64,000 bases of DNA from Mobula hypostoma. Taxonomy: Eukaryota. Shown here piece after piece: positions 50,428 through 64,000 of the stretch. Location of the stretch: contig NC_086097.1 of the NCBI RefSeq assembly GCF_963921235.1, positions 203,300,001 through 203,364,000 of the forward strand, written 5' to 3'. Position 1 is the first letter of the stretch. Every line of letters starts with the position of its first letter. Below the pieces are notes generated by a model that did not search any database, had not been told where the DNA came from, and saw nothing but the letters and a program-made list of their open reading frames with translations. The translations under genes and the position numbers were made by a program.

Positions 50428-51199
50428 GTAAGAATTTTTTTATAACAAATATTTTTTAGGCATAATGGCCTAGAAATGCAATTGACTAGCACTACCTTTT
50501 CAACTCTATGGTCACAGTTGTGCGGAGCATTGATTGTTAGCTGGTCTTCAGGATTAATCAGGATAGGACGTTGTAACATCAACCTCAGAGTAACATTAAT
50601 GCAATGGACACACCGTGTGAACCCCGGATGGAGAGTCATGTCTGAATAGCAAGAATTCTTATTCAGGCATTATCTTAACTGTTTAAAGGTACAGTTAATT
50701 GGGCGTGATGTTATAGGTGTAAAGAGCTCATTGTGTTTAAATAAAAATTGAGGTTTTTGGGTGACTTTTACTAAATGCAGAGGTGAAGTTTGTTTTTCGT
50801 TATGTAATGGTCCAGCTACAATGTTACTCGGAATGTGAGGAGCAGTTTCATGGATTATCCTTGTCAAAGGCAACTAAAAGTAGTGAGTCAGAAAGTGTTT
50901 GGCTGATCCCCCATGAGGATTCTGAGAGTAACAACCTCATCTCTGCTTGAAACCAGAGCATTGTGTCTGTAGACTAAGACTTTCACAGGGAAAGTCCATC
51001 TGCTGCAGCTGGAGCTCAGCTTCACGGCTGTGTCTGCTTCTCTCAGACCATGGTAGCAAAGGCAACATTAGTCCTGAACTTCTCAGCCTATAGATTAAGT
51101 GGATGTGGCTGAGCTTTGGTATTGGTCATGTTTTAAAGTTTACAGTCCACTTTTTTAATGTGATGCTGCGAATGCTCTCTGCTCAAGGAGAATCGGATT

Positions 51200-51305
51200 C
51201 ATCGATACCTTGTGAACGCTGCCTGAGCACGCAGACGGTAGGTAATCTGGGCATCGATATCTTGTGAACGCTGCCTGAGCACGCAGATGGTAGTTAATCT
51301 GGGCA
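51200..51305. repeat. 52-bp tandem duplication inside a probable old RTE-like RT remnant
   Basis: Two near-identical units at 51200-51251 and 51252-51303. The minus strand reads IDAQITYRL-AQAAF. Confidence 0.8.
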
Positions 51306-52399
51306 CACGACTGTTCCCAGAAAGCAGCTTCCTGAAGCTTGAGAGAGTAGTAGACTGTTTACATGTGACTTCACAGGTATACAGTTTGACTCTAATTTGT
51401 TCCAAGAACTTTGTTCGATGATTGTTAAAGAATTTTCATGGTCGACATACATTTGTTTTATTTACTTTGAAGCATTCTGCTCCACACATCATATTTCGTC
51501 CAATGGGTAGGGTTTGGGGACAAGGACTATTCTCTAAATCTCTTCGCTCTGTGTGGGCTGCTGTAATTGCTGATGATAGACATGCAATGGGAGGGAAGGG
51601 GAGATATCAGGAGACAAGTAGAGATATTAGAGAGATTAAGATAGATGTCTGTCTATGCTACGATAGTCTGGCATTAAACTTCAGAGGTAGTCTTTCTTTG
51701 CTGTGCACTTGATAGGTTGGCCATGGCGGTATATTCCCCATCTGCTGTGCTGTAGGAGGAGGAGGTGGAGGAGTGATGGAGCAGGTAAAGATGATTATTT
51801 CTCTCTGAATGTGCTGTCGGGACACATACCACCTTACTGGTCAAATGAGGACTCTGTTCCTTTGAAGGGGAACTCTGTATGCATTCATCAAGGCCTTGCC
51901 AACATTTAGACTTTGGAAGATGTGGCAAGTTACGGTTGAGCCATATAAATGAATAACTCCAACAAGAGTAGTGTGACTACTTTGTTTTGTCTATCAATAG
52001 CGGTACCCATTTCTCCACCTGTATCATCCTGCTGATCAATTCTGACTCAGACCAGGTAGTTAAAGAAAAGAATGATGAGAAAGTGGGCAGCAAGATAAAG
52101 GATTAGATATCAGCTTCCAATCAGCTCGTTGTTTTTGCAGGCCAAAATCTTTGTGGTTTCAAACCTCAGTTGACAGCATTCTTTCCTTTAGATCATATAG
52201 TCCATGAGCTACGTACAAGTAACTTCCAAAATATTACATGTTAGTTTCTCCTAAAAGAAAAAGAGATGTATGTCAATGAATGTGTTACAACTTGTCAATA
52301 TATCAATGTCTTTTTCCTTCCACGGTTACGTGTATGTGTAGACAAGACATGTCTATGTGCTGCCTCATCTGCATCTCCACCTTTTCTTGAATATCCACA

Positions 52400-53252
52400 C
52401 TCACTCCATCTTCAGACTGCCTTAACAGTGATAGAGTTCCTCTTGCCCTTATCTACCACCCAATGAACCTCCACATCCAACACATCTTCCTTGGCAACTT
52501 CCGCCACCAAACATAATCTGTACCTCCCCCCACCTCTCCGCTTTCTGCAGGGATCACTCCATCTGTGATTTCCTTCTCCATTTGTCCCTCCCCACTAATC
52601 TCCCTCCTGGCACTTATCCCTGCAAGCAGCAAAAGTGCGACACCTGCCCATTCACCTCCTCTCTCACCTCCATTTGGGGTCTAAAATACTCCTTCCAGGT
52701 GGGGTAACAATTCACCTGTGAATCTGCTGGGTGTGTCTATTGTGTCTGGTGCTACCGATGTGGCCTTCTCTATGTTGGTGAGTCCCATCATAAACGAGGG
52801 CACAGCTTGGTTGGGTACCTCTGCGCCATCTACCAAAAGCGGAACTTCCCGGTGGCCAAGCAATTTAATTCCAATTCCAATTCCCATTCCCATGCCCATT
52901 CTGACATACACCAAGATAAGATCACCCTCAGGATGGAGTAGCAAAACCTTATATTTCATCTGGGTAGTCTCCAACCTGATTGCATGTATATTGATTTCTC
53001 CTTCTGGTAAGAAAATTCCCTCCCCCCCTCCTCTTCTGTTCCCTACTCTGGCTTCTTACCTCTTTCCATCTGCCTATCATGTCCCCCAGGTCCTCTTCTT
53101 CTCTTATGGTCCATTCTCCTCTCCTATCAGGTTCCTTCCTCTCCAGTCCTTTATTTTTCCTACTCACCTGGCTTCACCTATCACCTTCTAGCAATTCTCC
53201 GTCTCCTCCCCCACCTTTTTATCCTGGCATCTTCCTCCTTCCTTTCCAGTCC
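52400..53252 (+). mobile_element. Penelope-like element 3' part (GIY-YIG endonuclease remnant); tail continues at 56259-56365
   Basis: Reads C..KCDTCP..F QV..FTCESAG-VYCVWCYRCGLLYVGES across frameshifts, followed by a pyrimidine-rich tail. Confidence 0.8.
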
Positions 53253-56200
53253 ATAAAACCATAAGGCCATAAGACATAGGAGCATGAATCAGGCCATTCA
53301 GCCCATCAAGTGTGCTCTGCCATTCCATCATGGCTGATCCCAGATCCCACTCAACCCCATACACCTGCCCTCTCGCCATATCCTTTGATGCCCTGACTGA
53401 TCAGGAAACTATCAACTCCTGCCTTAAATATACCCACGGACTTGGCCTCCACTGGAGTCTGTGACATAGAATTCCACAGATTCACTACTCTCTGACTTAA
53501 AAATAAAATACCTCCTTACCTCTGTTCTAAAAGGTTGCCCCTCAATTTTGAGGCTGCGCCCTTGAGTTCTGGATACCGCCACCATCTAGTCCTTTCAACA
53601 TTCAGTAGGTTTCAATGAGGTTCCCCTGCATTCTTCTAAATTCCAGTGAGTTCAGGCCCAAAGCTGTTAATCACTCCTCATATGTTAACCCCTTCATTCC
53701 CGGAATTATCCTTGTGACCCTCCTCCAGACTCTTTCCAATGACAACACATTATTTCTGAGAAATGGGGCCCAAAACTGTTGACAATACTCCAAGTGCAAC
53801 TTAACTAGTGCAACTAGTGTCTAATAAAGCCTCAGCAGTATCTCCTTGCTTTTATATTCTATTCTCCTTGAAAGAAATGCCAATATTCATTTGCCGCCTT
53901 TACCACAGACTCAACCTATAAATTAACCTTCTGGGAGTCTTGCACAAGGACTTCTAAGTTTCTCTGCACCTCTGATGTTTGAACCTTCTCCCCATTTAGA
54001 TAATAGTACACGCTAATGTTCCTTTTACCAAAATGCATTATCATACATTTCCCAAAAATATATACCACCTGCCACTTTTTTGCCCATTCTTCCAATTTGA
54101 CTGAGCCCCGCTGCAATCACATTGCTTCCTCAGTACTACCTACCCCTCCATCTATCTTCATATCATCCACAAACTTTGCCATAAAGTCATCAATTCCATT
54201 ATCCAAGTCATTGACAAACAATATGAAAACTAGTGGTCCCAATACTAGTCACTGGCAGCCAACCGAAAAGGCCCCCTTTATTCCCACTTGCTGTCTCCTG
54301 CATGTCAGCCATTCCTCTATCCAAGGCAGTATCTTTCCTGTAATGCCATAGGATTTTATCTTGTTAAGCAGCCTCATGTGTGACACCTTATCAAATGTCT
54401 TTTGAAAATCCAAGTAAATGATATACACTGCCTTTCCTTTGTCCACCCTGCTTGTTACATCCTCAAAGAACTCTGATTTGTCAGATAAGATCTCCCTTTA
54501 CAGAAACCATGCTGACTTGGACATATTTTATTATTAGTCTCCAAGTACCCCGAAACCTCATTCTTAATAATAGACTCCAACACTTTCCCAACCTCTGAGA
54601 TTAGGCTAACTGGCCTATAATTTCCTTTCTTTTGCTTTCCTCCCTTCTTAAAGAGTAGAGTGACACTTGCAATCTTACAGTCCTCCGCAACTATGCCAAA
54701 ATCAAGTGATTCTTGAAAGATCCTTCATCTCTTCAGCAACCACTCTCAGGACTCTGGGATGTAGTCCTTCTCACCTTACTCACCTTAAGACTTTTCAGTT
54801 TGCTTAGAACTTTTTCCTTTGTAACAGTAATGGCACTCACTCACGGACCTCTGACACTTGCAGACCTCTGGCACACTGCTACTCTTCCACAGTGAAGACT
54901 GATGCAAAGTACCCATTAAGCTCATCTGCCATTTCTTTGTCCCCCATTACTACCTCATCAGCATCATTTACCATTGTGCAATATCAACTCTCACCTCCCT
55001 TTTACTCTTCATATAATTGAAAAAACTTTTGGTATCCTACTTTCTATGATTAGCTAGTTTGTCCTCATATTTCATCTTTTCCCTTCTTATTGTTTTTTTA
55101 GTTGCCTTTTGTTGGATTTTAAAAGCGCCCCAATCATGCAACTTCCTTCTCACTTCTGCTACCTTGTATGCCCTTTCCTTGGCTTTTATGCAGCGTTTAA
55201 CTTCCTTTGTCAGCCACGGTTGCCTACCCCTGCCATTTGAGAACTACTTTCTCTGTGGGACATATCTATTCTGCACCTTGTGAACTATTGAAAGAAACTT
55301 TGGCAATCTCTGCTCTGCTGTCATCCCCGCCAGTATCCTCCTCCAATCCACCTGGGCAAGCTCTTCTCTCATGCCTCTGTAGTCCCCTTTATTCCATTGT
55401 GATACTGATACATCTGACTTGTGCTTCTCCCTCTCAAGTTGCAGTATGAATTCAATCATATTATCATCACCACTGTCTCCTAAGTGTTCCTTTCCATTAA
55501 GTTCCTTAATAAGATCTAGGTTATTACACAACACCCAAGCTAAGATAGCCTTTCCTTGAGAAGGTTCAAGCACAAGCTGCTCTAAGAAGCCATCTCATAG
55601 GCATTCAACAAATACCCTCTCTTGTGATTTGCCACCAACCTGATTTTCCCAATCCCCTTGCATATTGAAATCCCCCATTACAATGGTGTCATTACCCTTA
55701 TTACATGCCTTTTCCAGATCCCTTTGCAATCTCAACACCACATCCTGGCTACTACTTGGAGGCCCATAATGGCTTTTATTTTAACTCCGCCCACAAAGAT
55801 TCAACATTTTTTGACATTATATCACCTCTTTCTAAAGATGTAATTCCATCTCTCACCAACAGATCTACACCACCGCCTTTGCCTTCCTGCCTTTCCTTTC
55901 GATACAAAGTATATCCTTTGATGGTATTCTCCCAAGTATGGCTTTCTTTCAGCCGTGACTCAGCGATGCCCACAACATCATACTGATCAATCTCTAATTG
56001 CGCCATGAGTTCGTCCACCTTATTTTGAATGCTACGCATATTTAAATACAGCACCTTCAGTCCTGCATTCTTCACCCTTTTGAATTTTGCCTCTGTGGTA
56101 CAATTTATCTCTTTGCTCTGTCTGCATTTGTACCCAATCATTGGCTTGTCCTTCCTTACATTCATGTTACACCCATCATCTTCTTGTAAATCTGCTGGCT

Positions 56201-56258
56201 CATCCTCAGCTCTATCATACTGGTTCCCATCCCCATGCTATATTAGTTTAAACCACTC
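53253..56258 (-). mobile_element. ~3 kb CR1 LINE covering most of ORF2 (APE + RT), decayed
   Basis: APE start LKVLYLNMRSIQNKVDEL..DVVGIAES and RT YLDFQKTFDKVSH. 7-bp TSD CCAGTCC at 53246-53252 and 56259-56265. Confidence 0.92.
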
Positions 56259-58094
56259 CCAGTCCTGAAGAAGAGTCTCACCCTGAAGGGTTGACTGTTC
56301 ATTGATTTCCATAGATGCTGCCTGACCTGCTGAGTTCCTCCAGCATTATGTGTGTGTTGCTGTGTGTGTTAGTGTTTATTTTTCGTGGGATATTAATTAA
56401 GCTTAGAGATTGATGCAGAGTGGATGTTTGTGATTTTATAAGGAGACAGATGTTCTGGTTAAGAAGCTCTTGGTTTTAAATCTTATCCTTGCTTTAAATC
56501 TCTTCACGCCTTCCCCTTTTTTGTTTCTGTCACCTTCTCCAGCTTTGCAGCCAAGGTATCTGCACTCATCCCTTCCTGGCTCCTTGCACATCTCTGATTT
56601 TAATTATCCCATCATTGATGGCATTGCCTGCCGCATAGATTATTTTACTGGCATTGTTCACTGTAAACTGCAATTAGGAGCTAATTAAGCAGCTGAAATT
56701 GTCATGGAAAGACAAGGCAAATGGCAACTGTTTGTTTAAAAAAAATATGTTGAAGACCGGACATTGCAGAAGGAAGGAAAAACAAACTGTAGGCAATAGC
56801 TTGACACACTTCCACTAAGATTAATTTTCCAAATACTTCCTTGCTCTGGTCCTATCATGTCTTTGTTACCCTGGTGATCGGTAGTGACTATCCTGTAGGG
56901 TGTGCTAAAACCTTAGGTGCATGCAAACTTGAGCTGCATATGGTACTGCTTGTGTGGTCTCAGTTGACTTCCTTACTTAGTACTCCAATTCTTTACAATA
57001 AACAACACAACATTCCTAACTTGGAGTTGAATTTGCAAGTTTACTTTTGGATTTCATGAACCAGTAAATCAAGAGCACCTTTTTACCCCACATTTATCAG
57101 TTCCACACTTTTACAATTTAAGACCTTTCTGTTCTTCCCACCAATTTCACTTACTGCTCATTTTCCAGCTGGCTTTATATTATCTAGATTATCTTATACA
57201 CTATTTCTGTAATATTACTGAAAAGTTTGCGATGATATATTCAGTGATACCACTAGGTGTCAGGATTTCCAAAGTTTTAGGATATTGGAATATTTGTGTC
57301 CTGGTGGATGTTGAATGATTAGAAGCTTGAAAAAAATAACAATGCAACAATGGTGTTTATATTATTGTTAACTCCTCTCCAGTCCAGGTCCAAAGTGATT
57401 ATGCATTTGGTAGTTGGCAGTGTTATTTTGGTGGTAACTGTAGCACAGGAAAACAACATATTCCCCCCCCCCCCACCACAGGAAGCAGTACAGCTATGAT
57501 TGTCAATGTGATTAACACAGTATTTATTCTATTCTGATTTAAATGTCTCAGCAGATGCTGGTTTTTCAAACAACAATTATGGTGTTTTGGATTGGTCATA
57601 GAGCCCACTTTTCTGCACAATTTTTATCACCCTCATTGCAATTTTCCAAGATACAAGTCAGAAGCCAATACTGACTTTTAGGTTTTCAGAGGAGATGTAG
57701 TTTCAGGAAGCAGGTGTGTCCTTCACTCATGGTTCTGACTCAGAACTCCAGTTCCACTTGGATAAATGTATAGGTAAATGGACGAGGTCAACAATGTTAG
57801 TTCAGAAACTAAACAATTCTCAGATTGACTTCCCTTATGAAAATAAAAGGCACCAGAGCTTTTGTTTTAAAAATAGATTCCACCAACTGCAGCTCACTGG
57901 GAAACAAAGGTAATGATAGACATGGAGTGGGTCTGACAGCTCCCAACTGATGTTGTTTACTCATCATCAGGCTGTTCCATTAATTCCATTGCTTTTTATA
58001 AAGAGGAGAACAATCAAAGTAACCTTTTATTTCAGAAAGTGCAATCATTTGGTAATTTGTAAAACTGTACTAATTGTCATTATGTTAACTAGAC

Positions 58095-58468
58095 TTAGAG
58101 TTCAGAGTTAACTAGACTGGAGTTTAGAAGAATGAGGGGGTAATCTCATTGAAACCTGTCAAATATTGAAATGCCTAGGTAGAGTGGAGTGGAGAGGATG
58201 TTTCCTATAGTGGGAGAGTCTGGGATCAGAGGGCACAAACTCAGAATAGAAGAATGTACCTTTAGAGTAGAGGTGAAGAATTTCTTAAGCCAAAATGTCG
58301 TGAATCTGTGGAATTCATTGCCACAGACAGTTGTGGAAGCATTGGGTATACTTAGAGTTATAGGGTCATAGAAAACTATGGCATAGAAACAGGCCCTTTG
58401 GCCCATCAGGTTTGTGCCAAACCGTTCATCTGACTAGTTCTATTGACCTGCACCTGGACCATAACCCT
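58095..58468. mobile_element. Short CR1 3' fragments (plus, then minus orientation)
   Basis: RGHKLRI..FLSQNVVNLWNSLPQ on the plus strand, then an inverted CR1 tail. Confidence 0.65.
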
Positions 58469-58469
58469 C

Positions 58470-59766
58470 CATCATGAAGTGCTTTGAACAGCTAGTAATA
58501 TCAGAAACTCCATTCCTGCCCTATTGGACACTCACCAGTGTGCTTACGGACAGAATGGCTCTAAGACAGATGTCACAGCATCTGTCATGCACATGGCCCT
58601 GACACATGTAGAAAGCATGGATACTTGTATCAGAATACTGTTTCTGGATTTCAGTTCGCCACTCAACACTATTGTCCTACAGACCTTAGTGAACCAACTC
58701 CTGCTCCTCAGCCTAAATACACCACTGTGCAACTGGGTGTTGGACTTCCTAAGCACAGACCCCAGACAGTCAGGATGCAACTGCTCTTCCCTCCCCAACA
58801 TCGTCAACATGGTGCCTCCCAGGGCTGTGTGCTGAACCCACTGCTGTACTCTCTGCTCACCCATGACTGCACGGCCACACACCTGCGTAACCACATTGTT
58901 AAGTTCGTTGATGACACAGCAGTGGTGGGGCTCATTACCTACAACAATGAAGCAGTCTACAGACAGAAGGTGGGAGAGCTCGAGCCCTGGTGCCAGGCAA
59001 ATAATCTCTTCCTCAATGTCAACAAGACAAGGAGACAGTTATCAACTTCACGAGAACTTGTACCACTCTCATCCCGCTTTACATCAGTGGATCAGCAGTG
59101 GAAACTGCTAGCAGTTTCAAACTCCTCCTGGGAGAACACAGCTCGCACAGTCACTCATGGTACCAGAGCACATTCTACACAGTCAGGAAAGCTCACCTCT
59201 CTGAGGAGGTTGAACAGAATTGGACTATGCACATCTATTCTCACGTCCCTTTTTCAGGTGCACATTAGAGAGCGTCCTAAGATGCTGTATCACTGCACGG
59301 TATGGAAACTGCATTGCAGTGGAGAATGAGTAGTCAAAACTGGCCAAAGCATCACTGGGACCAGCCTACCCACCATTAGGGACATGTATACAGAAAGATG
59401 CCAGAAAAGGGCCGGTAACATTATGAAGAATCCCACCTAGTTTGCCCATGGTCTGCTTGTCCCTCTCCTGTCAGGACCACCAGACTCAAAGACAGTTACT
59501 TTCCCCAAGCAGTAATGCTGATCAACACCTCCACACAGTAACCCACCCTGTTAGAGTCACCTCTGCACAGGCACTCCAGTGTCTGGCATCACTTTATGGA
59601 CATACGATCAGTCTATGTATATAAGCTATCTTATGTTTTTATATTTATTGTGCTTTTTACATTGCTATTGTGTTTTTTTGTGCTGCATCGGATCCAGCGT
59701 AACAATTATTCCAATGTCCTTTATACTTGTGTACTGGAAATGACATAAAACAATCTTGAATCTTGA
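58470..59766 (+). mobile_element. Rex1/Babar-like LINE, same family as 277-1607
   Basis: GASQGCVLNPLLYSLLTHDC..KFVDDTAVVGLI, (CTTGAAT)n tail, colinear with the first copy. Confidence 0.85.
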
Positions 59767-60099
59767 AAATCTTTTTTGTGCTCACTCCAAGCAACTGCAG
59801 ATTTTTAAGTTAAGTTTTTATTCTGTTCAAAGAAACCTATGTACTAAAAGCCATTGTGACTTCTTGGTTATATTTTGTATACTAAACTAAAACTTTTAAG
59901 ATACTAAAGGAAATTGAGCATTTCCACCGATATTGTACACTTTGAACAAGAAGCTGAAATGAATGGAATAAATTTAAGAACTAAGCTGCCCTTAGGCTGG
60001 AACCCATTATAAGCATTAACTAGGATATCCTGCATAAAGAACAAATACAATTCAACATTTTAATTTCTGATGAACAATTTATAAATTTATGTATATGTT

Positions 60100-60552
60100 C
60101 AAACCAGGTTCAAAGTAAATTTATTATCAAATTACATAGTCACCATGTACAACCCTTCAGGTTCATTTTGCTGCGAACATTTGAAGTAAATACAAGAAAC
60201 ACAATAAAATAAATGAAAGACCTCACTCAACAGCACAGACAACCAACCTATGTATAAAAGATAGCAAATTGTGCAAAAGCAAAAAGGAAGAAAATAAGAT
60301 AAATAATAATAATAAATAAGCAATAAATATGGAGAACACGAGATGAAGGGTCCTTGAAAGTGAGTCCATAGGGTGTGGGAACAATTCAGTGGTGGGGCAA
60401 GTGAAGTTGATTGAAGTTATCCCCTCTGGATCAAGAGCCCGATGGTTGAGAGATAATAACTGCTCCTGAACCTGGTGGTTTGGGTCCTGTGGCTCCTGTA
60501 CCTCCTTCCTAATGGCAGCAGCAAGAAGAGAGCAAGGCTTGGATGGTGGGGT
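60100..60552 (-). mobile_element. Rex1/Babar-like LINE 3' end
   Basis: TTCAAAGTAAATTTATTATC tail signature and LLPLGRRYRS remnant. Confidence 0.65.
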
Positions 60553-61781
60553 ATTATTTTTGATAAATTACTCTAATACACTGTTTAGAACATTGTATGC
60601 AGTCATAAAATGTGCGTGTGACAGCTCAATGAATATTTTCTGGTTTATCTTAGACTTTGAAGTATTTTGAGTCCAATATTTTAATGACTATTATATTTAA
60701 CAAGCCACACTAGATTTTGTCAAATCCCCATCTACAGTTTTGCTAAATTCCAAATTTTGCAAAGCAGTATTTTTCTACAAATATTGTACGTGGTGCTTAA
60801 GAGGGTGACAAGAAATTGGAATGCATCTACAGTATTTTTGATGCATTGAAACGTGGAATTGTTTGATGTGAATACCTAATTGGATACCTCCACAAAAAAA
60901 TGTCAAAAAATTTCATGACATATGCCAATAATATTCAACCTGATGCTGCTTCTGCCTAGTTGGTAATGATATCAGAGTAGCTTGTACCAAGAAACAGGAG
61001 CTAATGTGAGAGCTGTGTGTTTCCCAACATACAATTTTGCACACCACCCAACACTTTAATGCATAGCTTTCATCTCTTAAAGCTACATTTTTCATTAATA
61101 ACTTTGTTACAACATTCAGTTGGCCTGCAGAAGAGAAAGCAAAAATTGCAGGGGAGAGACGACTGCTGCCACAAATACTTAAAGAGACATGCAAGTCCTG
61201 GTCAACTAGATACATGGTGTGAGGGAAGCCCAATGCACCAGTAGGGCTTAGAAACTCCCCATGGCCACCATAGAAGGACCCTATTACAGATAGCTACAGA
61301 CCTCTCCACCAAGAGTGAGAAGCCCTGCACAATGCAATGAGGAAAGAAGCTTAATGATCTCACAAAATATGCCCAATTGATCTGCACGTGGTGATCATTA
61401 TTTAAAAAAATGCAGATATCTGAGTTCGGTAAGTGAGATGCCATTCATTAGGAAATAGAAAGATGTTATAAAAATCCTTTAAGGTAATCGAGGCAGAGAT
61501 TAATTAATTCCATTCATTCACACTCAGTACAGATGGTCTTGCAAAGCTGGATCTGAGGGGCTATTATACAACCTCTAGGCTCTCCCAGCTAATTATTGGT
61601 GCTACGAATCAAGTATGGAGTCAATCACTTGGTTTGTATTGGGGAATTCTAATTTGCAGGCTTCTTATGAATATCTTCTATTTATTGGAGAATATCTTAA
61701 ATTCATGTCGCCATTGTTTGCCCTCTCAACTTAGCTGGGCATGAAGCTGTGGATACCGAGCAAGGACATGCCCTAATAGTC

Positions 61782-62560
61782 TTCAAAGTTCAAAGTAAAA
61801 TTTATTACCAGAGTACATACATCCCACCACATACAGCCCTGGGATTCTTTTTCTGCGGGCATACTTTACTTTATTGTCGCCAAACAATTGATACTAGAGC
61901 GTACAGTCATCACAGCGATATTTGATTCTGCGCTTCGCTCCCTGGATTACAAATTGATAGTAAATAGTAAAAATTTAAATTATAAATCATTAATAGAAAA
62001 TAGAAAAGGGAAAGTAAGGTAGTGCAAAAAAAAAACCGAGAGGCAGGTCCAGATATTTGGAGGTTTCGGCCCAGATCCGGGTCAGGATCCGTTCAGCAGT
62101 CTTATCACAGTTGGAAAGAAGCTGTTCCTAAATCTGGCCGTATGAGTCTTCAAGCTCCTGAGCCTTCTCCCGGAGGGAAGAGGGACGAAAAGTGTGTTGG
62201 CTGGGCGGGTCGTGTCCTTGATTATTCTGGCAGCACTGCTCCGACAGCGTGCGGTGTAAAGTGAGTCCAAGGACGGAAGATTGGTTTGTGTGATGTGCTG
62301 GACTGTGTTCATGATCTTCTGCAGCTTCTTCCAGTCTTGGACAGGACAACTTCCATACCAGGTTGTGGTGCACCCTAGAAGAATGCTTTCTATGGCGCAT
62401 CTATAAAAATTAGTGAGGGTTTTAGGGGACAGGCCAAATTTCTTTAGTTTTCTCAGGAAGTAAAGGCGCTGGTGGGCCTTCTTGGCAGTGGACTCTGCTT
62501 GATTGGACCAAGTCAGGTCATTTACTTAGCAAACCTATATATCAGTAACTGTAAACAGGA
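61782..62560 (-). mobile_element. Young Rex1/Babar-like 3' fragment (~61867-62522) nested in the tail of an older one
   Basis: CpG-rich, near-intact IIKDTTRPANTLFVPLPSGRRLRSLKT..FRNSFFPTVIRLLN. The host tail (compare ~34850) is split at TACTT. Confidence 0.8.
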
Positions 62561-62579
62561 GTCTTCACCATTATCCTCC

Positions 62580-62940
62580 TCCTCCTCCTGCTGTTCCCAT
62601 GATTTCAACTCAGATCCTTACATTTTATTGCTTTCCCTCTGCTAGTAGCTGGTATCTTTGATTGGCAAAGTTGTGCAGCATGCAGCAGGCAATAATAAAT
62701 TCTCCCACAACCTCTATTGTGGTTGAAAAGTGCACCTGTGTAAGCAGCATGGGAAGTAGAAGGAAGATTCCACCCCTCTTGTATCTACTGGATGAAGAAG
62801 TCATATGTGCAACCCAGAAACATGGCATTCACCATCAGGATTTTTTTGTTGTAATCCACAATGATCTGCATATTGAGAAACTGGAGACTTGTCCTGTCTA
62901 TCAAAAATTACAGCTTATTTAAGGAGACTCCATGGGTGTA
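62580..62940 (-). mobile_element. PIF/Harbinger DDE transposase remnant
   Basis: Minus strand FLNMQIIVDYNKKILMVNAMFLGCTYDFFI (compare SINVQ.VCD..PGS.HDS.I) and VGEFIIACCMLHNFA. Confidence 0.7.
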
Positions 62941-62957
62941 AGGGTGAGTCCAAGGCT

Positions 62958-63087
62958 GCACACACAAAATGTTGGAGGAACTCAGCAGGTCAGGCAGGAT
63001 GCTGGTTTCTCCAGCATTTCGTGTGTGCTGCTAACCATTTCGTGTGTGCTGCTCTTGATTTCTAGCACCTGCAGAATCTCTAGTGTT
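62958..63087. mobile_element. Fold-back Penelope-derived insertion lacking the hammerhead core
   Basis: Inverted halves, with 13-bp TSD TGAGTCCA(A/C)GGCT at 62945-62957 and 63088-63100. Confidence 0.7.
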
Positions 63088-64000
63088 TGAGTCCACGGCT
63101 ATGTGTATGTGCGACTAGTGATGTTAACTATTCCTCTTATTTATGTTAACAATTATTTTCTATTTGAGCATAGAGTAGGAGCGATATTTCTGATGCAGCA
63201 GTGAGGGGCAATGTGAGAGATGTGGCAGAGATCTGTTGTGAATACTTAGAAGGATCATGTGGTGAGCAAATTGAGAAGGGACATGATGTTGAACTCCATG
63301 GAGATGCCAGTCCATGCTCTTAAGTTTAGCTATAAGTCATATCACTGAACCTCATGTTACTTGGTGATGACAGCCTTGAAGAAGCTGAAATGTCTGGGTG
63401 GGATGAAGTGTCTCTGAAGATATTTTGAGCCAAGTAGAGAATATGAATTAGGACCTGGGTCCATGAGCAGCAAACATGCTCATTGACTTCACGTGTTTTA
63501 ACTTTGGAGCTTCACAGTATATGAAGAGCAGGCCACCTGTCTGATCAACTGAGTGATGGGAAGCCTTCTCTATTGTTCTCTTCTGTCAAGCACACTGGGA
63601 AATCTGCCAGCTCTCATTCTTATTCCAAATGCATGCTTATCTGTTATTGCTGCTCTCACTGCTGACTTCAATAGCATTTTATTCTCACATGGTAATGATT
63701 TCAATTTGTGATAGTAGAGAGAACAAAAAGTATTTTAACACAAGGGAATTTTTAAAATTGAGGCACTGGAGGGCTATGAGTCAATAAATAGATTTTGGGT
63801 ACATAGGACTTAGAACATATGTTGTAGACAGAGTTTTGAATGAACTGATGTTTTTTAGAGTATGGGAGATTAGCTGGAAGAGATTTACAATAATTAGAGG
63901 CGATGAAGTTTCGGCTGAAAAGCAGTATAGGAGAGTATTGGGTTATGCAGGGTAAAGTTGGAGATAATTGTGAGGGAGATTACATAGGTTTGGAATTTGA

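Noticed and set aside
60913..61444. Possible second Harbinger transposase fragment (GFPH..VD..HV)
   Set aside because: Similarity is too weak to support without an HMM search.

Overview
Vertebrate genomic DNA: AT-rich, CpG-depleted, with GT-AG introns. The repeat content (CR1 and Rex1/Babar LINEs, V-SINE/HE1-like SINEs, Penelope fragments) suggests a cartilaginous fish, which is an inference. Two spliced + strand genes were rebuilt by hand. (1) A complete 4-exon UBE2V2/MMS2 (142 aa; 2162-16647) starting in a CpG island. (2) The first 11 coding exons (574 codons; 26150-50427) of a CLC-6/7-related CLC Cl-/H+ exchanger-like gene, whose last helices and CBS domains were not found in the window. 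UBE2V2 intron 3 holds an internally deleted Helitron with both ends recognisable and a decayed class III (ERV-L/S-like) endogenous retrovirus. The provirus has a tRNA-Ser PBS and a gamma-type env, and carries a nested solo LTR and a SINE. The most striking unannotated signal is a family of short (100-170 bp), TSD-flanked, Penelope-derived insertions with minimal type I hammerhead ribozyme cores (three near-intact copies, several decayed). BEL/Pao, Harbinger and RTE remnants are also present. Nothing indicates prokaryotic sequence or CRISPR.
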